Made by a program: the position numbers and the translations under genes
Notes under the pieces: model-generated
What the model saw: only the letters and a program-made list of their open reading frames with translations
Told to the model about the DNA's origin: nothing
Database searches by the model: none
Part shown: positions 44,101 through 52,605 of the stretch, piece after piece
Layout of the letters: each line of letters starts with the position of its first letter
How positions within the stretch are numbered: the stretch's first letter is position 1
Assembly: GCF_946407605.1 (NCBI RefSeq)
Contig: NZ_CAMJOS010000016.1
Coordinates: 20,800 to 84,799, forward strand
Length of the DNA: 64,000 nt
Direction: 5' to 3'
DNA from: an uncultured Prevotella sp.
Lineage (GTDB): Bacteria > Bacteroidota > Bacteroidia > Bacteroidales > Bacteroidaceae

Positions 44101-46718
44101 TGTATAATGCTCGTATTGCCAACATGATGAAGGCCGCTCCAACAGAGGATCCTGGTATGGAAGGAATCTATGAGTATGAATTAGATGGCAATATCTACTA
44201 CCTGCCAAATACTCTCGTTGGTGGTAAGGGCCTCATTGATTTGAATCCTGGTGCTTACACCAACAAGGTGATTGTGAATGTAGGTCCTGATGGATACCTG
44301 CGTATTGGTGCTTTGAGAAACGAATGGACTTCCGACGGCTGGACGGTTATGGATGACTTCAAGCTCTATTACTTCGGTAAGAACAGCTCTAGACAGCCTG
44401 GTGAGGTGATTGATATTGACTTGGCTTCTGTTATCAAAGAGGCTAACGACCTGCTCGGCATGTATATGCAGACTTCTCTGCAGACAGAACTGCAGCAGCT
44501 GGTTGACACCTATAAGGATGCTACTGATGCCGCTGAGATGGAAGAGGGTTATCAGTTGCTGACCAACTGTATTATCCGTGTTCGTGAGAATATCAACGCT
44601 TACGCTAACCTGGCTGAGGTAATCAACGCTGTGAAGCAGCGTCTGGCTAATGGTCAGAACATGGACGAGGACGTTGTAGCTGAGGCTACCGCTTTCGTAG
44701 CTACGGCTGAGGCTGCTTACGTGGCTCGCGAAATCAACACCAGAGTGGCTAATGAGTACGCTAACAGGCTGTATACCCTGTTAGACCAGCTCTATGCTGT
44801 ATTCGCTACTGTAACGATCGAGATTCCTGGAACACTTGCCGATACATTATATAGTGTAGCTGGTGATCCTTGGAACCTGCAGGGTCTGAAGGTGAAGGGC
44901 GCGATGAACGAAGATGACCTCTACTTCATCAGTAACCTGTATAACCTGAGACTGCTCGACTTGGCTGGTACGAACCTGGAGAAGATGCCTAACTGGATCT
45001 TTGAGTATCGCGACAACCTGCAGAAGGTGGAACTGCCCGCTACGCTGTTGTTTATGGGATATGGCGCATTCGATGGCTGCTATAACCTGCAGTCTTTGAC
45101 GCTCCATGCTGCTGTTCCTCCTTATGGAACCGACAGAGCTACATGGAGTTGGGGTTACAACCTCTATGTGCCTGCAGTCTCTGTTCAGGCTTACCAGAAC
45201 AACGAATTATGGAATAACTGGAACATTCAGGGCATCGACGAGCTGCCTGAGAAGTACCACGCTATTACTAACTTCCAGGTAACATGGCCTGAGACTCAGA
45301 TTAACGACTCTGTTCAGTACAAGCCCGATATGCGTATCGGTCAGTATAACCTGGGTGGAAACTATGATTACACTTACGGTGCTGTCATAGTAAATTCTGA
45401 TAAGAACAATACGGTATCACTCGGACAGTTCACCATCGTTTATGATCCGAACGTAGAACTGAACCAGCGCTACTATTGGGGCTACAGTGACTACTCTGGC
45501 AACGGTTCGCTGCTGAACTATGCAGAAAACATGCGTGCCGACAACGTGACTGTTGACTACTGGGTACGTCGCGACAGATGGACATTCTTCTCACTGCCGT
45601 TCGATGCTCAGGTTTCTGAGATTGGACTGAACTTCGAGAACACACCGTTCGTTATCCGTAAGTATGATGCAGCTGCTCGTGCCGCTGGCAATATGAACGA
45701 GACTTGGGTGAACATGACTGCCGACAGCGTGCTGCATGCTGGTGAGGGTTACATCCTCCAGAGCACCGCAATGGACTATGATGAGGCTTATCGTGAATAC
45801 AACGGATTCTTCTTCAAGGCCATGCAGACCACCAACAAGAACAATATCTTTGCTAGTGACGACGTAGAGGTGCCACTGAAGCAGTTCGCAAGTGAGTTCG
45901 CTCATAACCAGAACTGGAACCTCATTGGTAACCCATATCCTTGCTACTATAACATTCAGGGTATGCAGACCAATGCTCCTATCACCGTTTGGAACCAGGG
46001 ATCTCAGAACTACGAGGCTTACTCGCCTCTGGATGATATCTATGTGCTGAATCCTGGTGAGGCATTCTTCGTACAGCGTCCTGTCAACGAGAGTTCTATC
46101 GTATTCATCGAGGAGGGCCGTCAGGCTCGCCGCGACCAGGTGAACTACGACCTCGTGGCTGGTGCACGTAGTGCCGTGAAGGCTGCCGATCGCTATGTGT
46201 TCAACATCACCATCAGTGATGGAGAGACTACCGACCGTACACGTATCGTGCTCAACGAAGAGGCTAAGGCTGGCTACGAGCAGGATAAGGATGCTTCGAA
46301 GTTCATGAGCTTGAGCGACGAGGTGGCTCAGATCTACTCTGTAGCTGATGCTAAGTATGCTATCAATGAGCGTCCGATGGCTAACGGTGAGGTGAAGCTG
46401 GGTGTACACTTCGGCAAGCAGGGTACCTATACCATCGCACTCAACACGAAGGTTGATGCCGAGGTAGTGCTGGTTGACCTGCTCACTGGCAAGGAGATTC
46501 GTCTCGACGGCTCTGAGGGTTATACCTTCGAGGCTAATGAGGGCGATACCGAGGACCGCTTCGTGGTTCGCTTCGCTGGTGGTCAGCTCACTGGTATCCA
46601 GACCATTGCCAATGGCAATTCTGATAATGAGAAGTATTACAACCTCAACGGTATGCAGATTGAGCAGCCGAAGAAGGGTCTCTACTTGAAGAACGGCAAG
46701 AAGGTCGTTGTGAAGTAA
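41145..46718 (+). CDS. Giant secreted modular protein 2 (1857 aa): N-terminal cohesin-like module, lectin-like, CBM-like and BspA-LRR modules
   Basis: Signal peptide (TSAMA|QS). Cohesin-like module at aa 28-158 and a beta-trefoil-like module at aa 185-335, homologous to that of protein 1. Two copies of the unassigned module at aa 534-736 and 888-1077. LRR_5-like region at aa 1228-1365 and a GWNLIGNPY-containing module at aa 1375-1660. The C-terminus has a beta-sandwich and a basic tail. Confidence 0.85.
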   Translation: MKHKGIFKRLSLLTLLLIAGFTSAMAQSLYMEGFKINAGDTKTVTVALATDGYDIYGLQTDIVLSNGLYLDGDPVAVEGAMADPNPSISCKWMDNKTIRVVMLSLNAKVFMPGKTNVIQLNVGCTENFVGGTIKLTNSRLTISNYGDEVYVSNFSAKITTDQEVQIPEGVWGDIPEPQGLEFVDEISFDGSWYYLYNPEGKRFFASGNEWSTRASLAQFGYPVWFQEATEPDAPEGSYEFWDVVEHPDRYLGENNIFTDYDGGTWVDHGSQDNYSWFVIPVGDGFYRLQNASLIQRDENYEGRYLGWNGTGDNRLYMIYPEEGHAVDWRFVTYDSYQNFISSEEYYEYSQLAENGALGQRLYELLVDAKELDINIVRWLEVYMNTDSSYGELQSAISEISTYISYKIRLRDAVEMAAEVRVDVSEYQGVYDNPEAELEEMENAYYNVQDAIDVMNNFLNLVEKSREMLTMPDFQGLDATQELADYLNGELAKLLEATMTREEIYMATETIKNLREIMIEESKGVVYDGKDVTYLIENPGFDDDWNIDSGSAEGWNIDNYSGRTLTRGPLGQNNKDLMENALGYMNYCFEAWHNYNWDVWQELTNLPVGMYELQVQGYVRCEVPGYTRGDDINPNYPSPVYLYMNNALSSFPSVYSESPADYGKEMVEVESWYQEEVNGNFYPNSMGAAAQCFGWGMYKTTAYGLIAREGDIFRIGVKMNKNQDWWCIFDNFKLTYRTPTAEIVQPILETELAKLDLSRPMGKDIYELISNLKTTAQNAIDAQDGQVMFNVLTQAYDLNADYLESVALFVELQRAVDTFVEAINRSENQDAINQADALAGEIYNGINNHTIYDNQVYEYIDQMNNLYTALALPADWASASDKNPIDLTAVIKNPSFENEWGESTDEGWMNPGNLGNDDIQRSALAMEFWETDYNMYQDIQGLPEGTYMITVDAWDRVGYNENNYYSWLEDNRYTNSYLYGMNGDGKVYNARIANMMKAAPTEDPGMEGIYEYELDGNIYYLPNTLVGGKGLIDLNPGAYTNKVIVNVGPDGYLRIGALRNEWTSDGWTVMDDFKLYYFGKNSSRQPGEVIDIDLASVIKEANDLLGMYMQTSLQTELQQLVDTYKDATDAAEMEEGYQLLTNCIIRVRENINAYANLAEVINAVKQRLANGQNMDEDVVAEATAFVATAEAAYVAREINTRVANEYANRLYTLLDQLYAVFATVTIEIPGTLADTLYSVAGDPWNLQGLKVKGAMNEDDLYFISNLYNLRLLDLAGTNLEKMPNWIFEYRDNLQKVELPATLLFMGYGAFDGCYNLQSLTLHAAVPPYGTDRATWSWGYNLYVPAVSVQAYQNNELWNNWNIQGIDELPEKYHAITNFQVTWPETQINDSVQYKPDMRIGQYNLGGNYDYTYGAVIVNSDKNNTVSLGQFTIVYDPNVELNQRYYWGYSDYSGNGSLLNYAENMRADNVTVDYWVRRDRWTFFSLPFDAQVSEIGLNFENTPFVIRKYDAAARAAGNMNETWVNMTADSVLHAGEGYILQSTAMDYDEAYREYNGFFFKAMQTTNKNNIFASDDVEVPLKQFASEFAHNQNWNLIGNPYPCYYNIQGMQTNAPITVWNQGSQNYEAYSPLDDIYVLNPGEAFFVQRPVNESSIVFIEEGRQARRDQVNYDLVAGARSAVKAADRYVFNITISDGETTDRTRIVLNEEAKAGYEQDKDASKFMSLSDEVAQIYSVADAKYAINERPMANGEVKLGVHFGKQGTYTIALNTKVDAEVVLVDLLTGKEIRLDGSEGYTFEANEGDTEDRFVVRFAGGQLTGIQTIANGNSDNEKYYNLNGMQIEQPKKGLYLKNGKKVVVK
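41226..41618 (+). other. Cohesin-like beta-sandwich module at the N-terminus of protein 2
   Basis: FKINAGDTKTVTVALATDGYDIYGLQTDIVLSNGLYLDG...TIRVVMLSLNAKVFMPGKTNVIQLNVGC...GTIKLTNSRLT. It follows the signal peptide directly. Confidence 0.5.
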
Positions 46719-46755
46719 GGAAAATGTATTCTAGGACATAAAAAACAATGTCATT

Positions 46756-49700
46756 ATGAATAGGTTATTAAGTATATTCGTGTTGTGGCTCTGCCAACTT
46801 GCGCTCTTTGCGCAAGCTGGCTCGGCCGACAGCATACCTGGGCCTGACCTGGGTACCTATGAGCTGACGCTGAAGTCGTCGCCTCAAGGTGTGGCGGGTT
46901 TCAACTATAGTAACAAGAGTCAGATTCTGGCAGGTAGTCGCATTTGGGTCTATGCCTATGTGCAGGACAACTTCGTGCTCGACTACTGGCTGATGAACAA
47001 TGAACAGGTGCCTTCTGAAGGCTATGGAATTGAGTTCACCATGCCAGAGAATGACGTGACCCTGACAGCAGTATGTCACTATGATCCGATGAGCCCGGAA
47101 AATCCACAGGCTGTAGGAGAAAGGTATTGGGTGACACTGGAATCACAACCTAAGGGTGCCGGCTCGTTCAACTGGGCCGAAAAGACCAAGTGTGAGGAAG
47201 GAAAAATCTATACCGTCATTGCATACAACCGTTATGGCTTTGACTTCAAGGGATGGAAGAACTCTGAGGAACAGTGGATATCTTTTGACCAGTCTTATAA
47301 GTTCACCATGCCTTCACAGGCTATCACGCTGACGGCTGTCTATGAGTACAATCCGCAGAATCCTGGTAACCCCAGAAAGAACTATTTCAACGAGGAAACG
47401 GGTGAGGTCATTATCGATGACTTTAATCCTGGCGACCTGTGGAGTGCCTTCTGGGAAGTGACGCAGGGTAACTACGAGGGCGTTAAGTCTATTACAGTGG
47501 CTGGAATGGTGGAAGACTGGGACTGGTATATCGCTAATGAGTCTCGCAGTTGTACCACTTTGGACTTCAGTCGCACTAACGCTACCTTCATTCCTTCTTG
47601 GCAATTTGAAGGAAACGGCACTCTGGAGACCATCATGCTGCCTGCTTCACTGGAGAGTATAGAGTGGTGTGCGTTCTATAACTGCACAGCACTCTCGACA
47701 ATCGGCTGTCATGCTGTGGTTCCACCCGTTGTTGACCCAACGGCATTCGATGGTGTTAACCCCGATATGGTGACGGTCTATGTGCCTTCTAAGTCGGTGT
47801 CTCTCTATCAGGCTGCTGATGTGTGGAAGGACTTCACGATTCTGCCTTTCCAGGAAGAAGTGAAGTCGCTGACGGTGGGTCTGCCCGAGGAAGAGGCTCC
47901 TTTATATAAAGATATGTATATAGAGCTGCTGAACCTGAAGAACGGACAGCGCATGCGTTATGTGATTACTGACCGTGTGGTCTATACGTTCTACAACCTG
48001 CTTCAGAACACTAGCTACAACGTTTATCTGAAGAATGCTCAAGACTTTGTGCTGGGTGAGATAGACAATGTAGAGATTGTTGATAAGGACAAGAGCGTGA
48101 CGTTCGAGAACCTGCTGGTTCCACGTAAGGTGCTGGCTAAGGTGCTGACACCAGAAGGAGCTGATGTCACAGAGAAGGCCACTGTTATATGGTCTAGCGA
48201 CAAGGGCGTATTCATGACTCGTGGTACAGAACTGGCCAACCAGTTGAGAGGTACAATGGTCAAGGTGAGCGTTCAGCTGTCGCAGGAGCTGGCCATGAAG
48301 TATCTCATGGTTCCCGATTCTCTCTATGAGGTGAGAGATGCGGCTGACAATGTCGTGAACATCACCCTTGAGGAGATCCCGCAACTGACCATTGGTGGTC
48401 TGGTACGTAATGTCAAGACTGAACAGCCATTGGCTGGAGCTACGATTTCTGTCAGTCAGATGCTCAACGGACTCTACTCACAGGCATTCACTACCAAGAC
48501 CAATGAACAGGGCCAGTGGAGTCAGAAGGTATTTGCTGCTCCCACCGAGGTTACTGCTTCGAAGACCAACTTCGTGAGCCAGAGTCTGGCAATGCCGACA
48601 CCGCTCGTGGAGGTGCCTACCTTTGATTTGAAGGACATCAACGGTACGATGATCTACCTGAACGTCACCTATACCGACGTTGATGGTAATACGAAGAACT
48701 CGTACGACGACATGTCTAATGTAACGTTCGCTGTCTATAATGAGGCTACTGGTGAGCAGTATACTGAGATGAATCTGCAGTTCCCGCAGATTGTGCTCAT
48801 GGACTCTCACGCTCAGGGCACCCAACTGCGTGTCGTGGCTACCAGTAAGAACGAAAAGTTCATGCCTGTAGAGGTGGTGGGCACTGTAGGTGCCAACGAC
48901 CGTGCCGATGTGACTGTTGCTATCAAGCAGCTTGGTGGCATCAAGGCTACGTACATCAGAACCGACAACCCGACAGTAGTAGGTATTCTTTATGACAGCA
49001 ATGGACGTCTGGTTAAGAAGTATGACTATAGTGAGAAATCTCTTACTATCAGTGATCTGAAAGATGGTAACTACACGCTGGTGACGATGGCTGGTAGCCA
49101 ATTCTTCAACAGTATCTATACCATTGGTCAATTCACGGAGTCTGGCCTGCGTCAGGGTGTTGACTACATGAAGAACAATGTGGCTGTTAAGAGTGGTAAG
49201 ATGACCAATGTCGCTAATCAGATTATTCCTTATCTCGACGAGACCAAGTTGTATTACACCTCTGACAACACTTCGTTCTCTGTGAACAAGAACCAGATTA
49301 CCGCTGGTCAGTATCTCACGGTGAGCGCTCATCTCGACTTCAAGTCGAAGTATGTAAGCGGTATCAGCGATGTGAAACTGATTGTCGGTCTGCCTGAGCA
49401 GAGCTCATTTGTGGATAATTCAGTGATGTATGGCAACGCTACAATTGGCTATACCTATGCCGACCATGTGGTTACTATTCCTCTGGATAGTTATGACGAG
49501 CGCATACGCTTCTGCTTCATTCCTCTGGCAGGTGGTGAATATAGTGCAGCTGCAGCTGTGCAGTTCACATTCGATGGACGCACCATCACTCAGCCTATTG
49601 GTAATGCCAGCTTCACGGTGAAGAACTTGTCGCTGACCGTGCCTGCAGTGGTGGCCAGCACAAAGGTGCCTGTGAGCGGAACAGCTATGAGCAAGGCAAC

Positions 49701-52593
49701 CGTAAAGGTTTATGTTGATGACGTGATGCTGGGACAGACCGTGGCTCTGGCTAACGGTTCTTGGGCAACGACCGTCGAACTGGATAATCCTGAGAGTCCG
49801 TCAGTACACAATGTGTATGCAGTGGTGACCACTCAGCAGGGTGCAGAGATGGTTTCTGAGACCCAGCAGGTGAAGTACGATGAGGATGCTATCCAGGTGG
49901 AAGGCGTGACCATGTACTATACTAACCCAGAAGAGAACTGGTGGCAGGGTAAGAACTACGAGTTGCTGTTCAACTTCCTTACGCCGTCGGTAGTGCCTCT
50001 GCGTTATACCTATTATATATATAACCGTTCGTTCACCTTCGCTATCCGCTTCAACAATAATGATGCTTCAATCATTACCAAAGTGATTCTGGAAGTGAAG
50101 ACTGGTGATGGTGTGTGGAATCCGTTGGAGGCCGTCTACAACGCTAATAAGGGTTGCTGGATTGCCTATGGCGAGTTCGGTAATATGTATGATGGTATTG
50201 TACCAGTCAATGTACGTGTAAGATACTGGATTGGAGGTTATGAGTACTTGGTTATCTATCCTGGACCGAACTGCGATGTGCCTATCGACCCGTCAGGCTA
50301 TGTCTACGAGGCTGTAAGCACCAACCGTGTACAGGGTGTCACCGCTACTATCTATTATAAGGAGACGGTGGAAGACCAGTATGGCGACCTGCATGAGAAT
50401 ATCGTGCTCTGGAATGCTGAGGAGTATGCTCAGGAGAACCCGCTGTTCACTGATGAGAATGGTATGTATCGCTGGGATGTTCCTCAGGGATTATGGCAGG
50501 TGAAGTTCGAGAAGGAAGGTTATCAGACCGTCTACTCAGAATGGCTGCCCGTGCCTCCGCCACAGCTCGACGTGAACATTGCCATTATTCAGCTGATGCA
50601 GCCTCAGGTGCTGAAGGCCAGTGCTTCGAAGGATGGCGTGGAGATTGAGTTCGACAAGTTCATGGATATCGAGACACTGAATACCGATAACATCGAAGTA
50701 ACATGCAACGGTGAGAAGGTTGAAGGTAAGATCGAACTCGTCAATGAGGAGAATGTCAGCGAGGATAGTGAGCAGACCTACGCTTCGAAGGTTCGCTTCG
50801 CACTACTTGATGACAAGGAACTGCTTCCTACCGACGAGGTAACCATCTCTGTCAAGAGCTTGGTGAAGAGCTATGCCGGCGTGACGATGCAGGATAACTT
50901 CTCTCAGGACTTCGAGGTCGTGAAGAAGGTACGTAGCATCTCTACTTCTGACAATGAGGTGAACGTGGCATTCGGTGGTCAGCGTACGCTGAAGGTGGCT
51001 GCATTGCCTGCTGACGCCTCAAAGGGTAAGAAACTCACTGTGAAGTCGCTCTCTGCTGCTATTGCCAAGACAACTGTCAACGAAATGACACTTGATGAAA
51101 ATGGTGAGGCAGAGATCGTGATTACTGGTGAGATGCCTGGTCAGACTGTCCTGACCTTCAAGGTTGAGGGTGTGGACGATGTGGAAGGTCGTCTGACTGT
51201 CAATGTGAAGGATGAGGCTCGACTGATAACGATTGCTCCGAAGGCCTCACGTGTCTCTGGCACAGAAGTCTATCGCGGCACTCAGATTCATCTGAGCAGT
51301 GAGACAGAGAGCGCAGTCATTTATTATACACTCGATGGCTCTGAACCTACAGATCTGTCTATCAAGTATGATGACGAGGCTCCTATCACGATTGCTAATG
51401 ACATCACAATCAAGGCTATTGCTAAGGGTCATGACCTGCTCGATAGTGAGGTGAAGACATTCACTTATACGTTGAAGCGTACAACCGTTGGTTATCAGAT
51501 GCCAGAGGGTTGGTCGTGGATCTCACACAATCTGGAAGAGCCCGTGGCTGCCAATGCGTTCAAGGAGAATGCTGAGCGTATCATGAGTCAGACTCAGGAG
51601 TTGATCAATGATCCTGTGGCCGGTCTGGTGGGTAACCTTACTGAACTGCTGCCTACCGAGGCTTATAAGGTGAAGGTTTCTGCTCAGACAGTTAACAGCC
51701 TGCAGGGCTTTGAGTTCAACGCTACGACAAGCACTGTACCTGTAGAGATTGGTTGGAACTGGATTGGCTATCCTGTCAACCAGGTGATGACCATCGACGA
51801 GGTATTTGAGTTCTTCGGTGCTCAGGAAGGCGACTATGTGCTGGGTCAGGATGGCTTCGCAGAGTATGTGGATGGCCAGTGGAAGGGTACCCTCGAGGGC
51901 ATGAAGCCTGGTCAGGGTTATCTCTACAAGTCATCGGTGAAGGGCGAGCTGCTGTTCAATACCACGATTGTATCTAATGCTGCAAGTCGTGTGGGTAAGT
52001 TCAACTACCTGATGAACAGCCCGTGGGCTCCCGCCAAGTACGCTTATCCTGATGTGATGCCGTTGACGGCTCACCTCTATGACGGTGGTGTGAAGGTAAA
52101 TGCCGATGAGTATGTGGTTGGCGCATTCGCTGGTACCGAGTGCCGTGGCGTGGGCATCTGGAAGGATGACCGACTGCTGATGAGCATCTACGGACAACCT
52201 GGCGACGAGATCACCTTCGTGGCCATTCAGACCGCTACAGGTAACTGCTATGACCTGACAGAGCAGATGGGCTTCCAGGCTGACAATGTCGGCACATGGA
52301 GCATGCCGTCGACACTGACTATCGGTGGTCAGGTAACAGGTATTGAGAAGATGTACGACAAACTGACTGTGACACCTGCCGTGGCTCGCGATTATATCAT
52401 CGTTTCTGCTGGCGGTCATGAGATCAGCAACCTCACTCTGACTAATATGAGTGGTAAGAACGTGCTGTCACTCTCTAACCTGGGAAAGAGCGCCACTGTT
52501 ACTACAGGTCAGTTGCCGGCTGGTGTCTATATCGCCACTGTGCAGGCTAATGGCAAGTCGTACTACAAGAAGATTTTGAAAGTTAATAAATAA
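46756..52593 (+). CDS. Giant secreted adhesin-like protein 3 (1945 aa) with a T9SS type-A C-terminal domain
   Basis: Signal peptide. Two divergent InlB-B-repeat-like units at aa 34-108 and 123-197. LRR_5-like region at aa 240-365, followed by a long array of beta-sandwich, CarboxypepD_reg-like and Ig-like domains. Big_2-like region at aa 1392-1485 and CHB_HEX_C_1-like region at aa 1492-1573. GWNWIGYP module at aa 1580-1735, ECRGVG domain at aa 1760-1858, and CTD at aa 1868-1945. Confidence 0.85.
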   Translation: MNRLLSIFVLWLCQLALFAQAGSADSIPGPDLGTYELTLKSSPQGVAGFNYSNKSQILAGSRIWVYAYVQDNFVLDYWLMNNEQVPSEGYGIEFTMPENDVTLTAVCHYDPMSPENPQAVGERYWVTLESQPKGAGSFNWAEKTKCEEGKIYTVIAYNRYGFDFKGWKNSEEQWISFDQSYKFTMPSQAITLTAVYEYNPQNPGNPRKNYFNEETGEVIIDDFNPGDLWSAFWEVTQGNYEGVKSITVAGMVEDWDWYIANESRSCTTLDFSRTNATFIPSWQFEGNGTLETIMLPASLESIEWCAFYNCTALSTIGCHAVVPPVVDPTAFDGVNPDMVTVYVPSKSVSLYQAADVWKDFTILPFQEEVKSLTVGLPEEEAPLYKDMYIELLNLKNGQRMRYVITDRVVYTFYNLLQNTSYNVYLKNAQDFVLGEIDNVEIVDKDKSVTFENLLVPRKVLAKVLTPEGADVTEKATVIWSSDKGVFMTRGTELANQLRGTMVKVSVQLSQELAMKYLMVPDSLYEVRDAADNVVNITLEEIPQLTIGGLVRNVKTEQPLAGATISVSQMLNGLYSQAFTTKTNEQGQWSQKVFAAPTEVTASKTNFVSQSLAMPTPLVEVPTFDLKDINGTMIYLNVTYTDVDGNTKNSYDDMSNVTFAVYNEATGEQYTEMNLQFPQIVLMDSHAQGTQLRVVATSKNEKFMPVEVVGTVGANDRADVTVAIKQLGGIKATYIRTDNPTVVGILYDSNGRLVKKYDYSEKSLTISDLKDGNYTLVTMAGSQFFNSIYTIGQFTESGLRQGVDYMKNNVAVKSGKMTNVANQIIPYLDETKLYYTSDNTSFSVNKNQITAGQYLTVSAHLDFKSKYVSGISDVKLIVGLPEQSSFVDNSVMYGNATIGYTYADHVVTIPLDSYDERIRFCFIPLAGGEYSAAAAVQFTFDGRTITQPIGNASFTVKNLSLTVPAVVASTKVPVSGTAMSKATVKVYVDDVMLGQTVALANGSWATTVELDNPESPSVHNVYAVVTTQQGAEMVSETQQVKYDEDAIQVEGVTMYYTNPEENWWQGKNYELLFNFLTPSVVPLRYTYYIYNRSFTFAIRFNNNDASIITKVILEVKTGDGVWNPLEAVYNANKGCWIAYGEFGNMYDGIVPVNVRVRYWIGGYEYLVIYPGPNCDVPIDPSGYVYEAVSTNRVQGVTATIYYKETVEDQYGDLHENIVLWNAEEYAQENPLFTDENGMYRWDVPQGLWQVKFEKEGYQTVYSEWLPVPPPQLDVNIAIIQLMQPQVLKASASKDGVEIEFDKFMDIETLNTDNIEVTCNGEKVEGKIELVNEENVSEDSEQTYASKVRFALLDDKELLPTDEVTISVKSLVKSYAGVTMQDNFSQDFEVVKKVRSISTSDNEVNVAFGGQRTLKVAALPADASKGKKLTVKSLSAAIAKTTVNEMTLDENGEAEIVITGEMPGQTVLTFKVEGVDDVEGRLTVNVKDEARLITIAPKASRVSGTEVYRGTQIHLSSETESAVIYYTLDGSEPTDLSIKYDDEAPITIANDITIKAIAKGHDLLDSEVKTFTYTLKRTTVGYQMPEGWSWISHNLEEPVAANAFKENAERIMSQTQELINDPVAGLVGNLTELLPTEAYKVKVSAQTVNSLQGFEFNATTSTVPVEIGWNWIGYPVNQVMTIDEVFEFFGAQEGDYVLGQDGFAEYVDGQWKGTLEGMKPGQGYLYKSSVKGELLFNTTIVSNAASRVGKFNYLMNSPWAPAKYAYPDVMPLTAHLYDGGVKVNADEYVVGAFAGTECRGVGIWKDDRLLMSIYGQPGDEITFVAIQTATGNCYDLTEQMGFQADNVGTWSMPSTLTIGGQVTGIEKMYDKLTVTPAVARDYIIVSAGGHEISNLTLTNMSGKNVLSLSNLGKSATVTTGQLPAGVYIATVQANGKSYYKKILKVNK
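52357..52590 (+). other. T9SS type-A C-terminal sorting domain of protein 3
   Basis: LTVTPAVARDYIIVSAGGHEISNLTLTNMSGKNVLSLSNLGKSATVTTGQLPAGVYIATVQANGKSYYKKILKVNK matches the Por_Secre_tail pattern. Confidence 0.75.
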
Positions 52594-52605
52594 ACGATTC
52601 CGACC

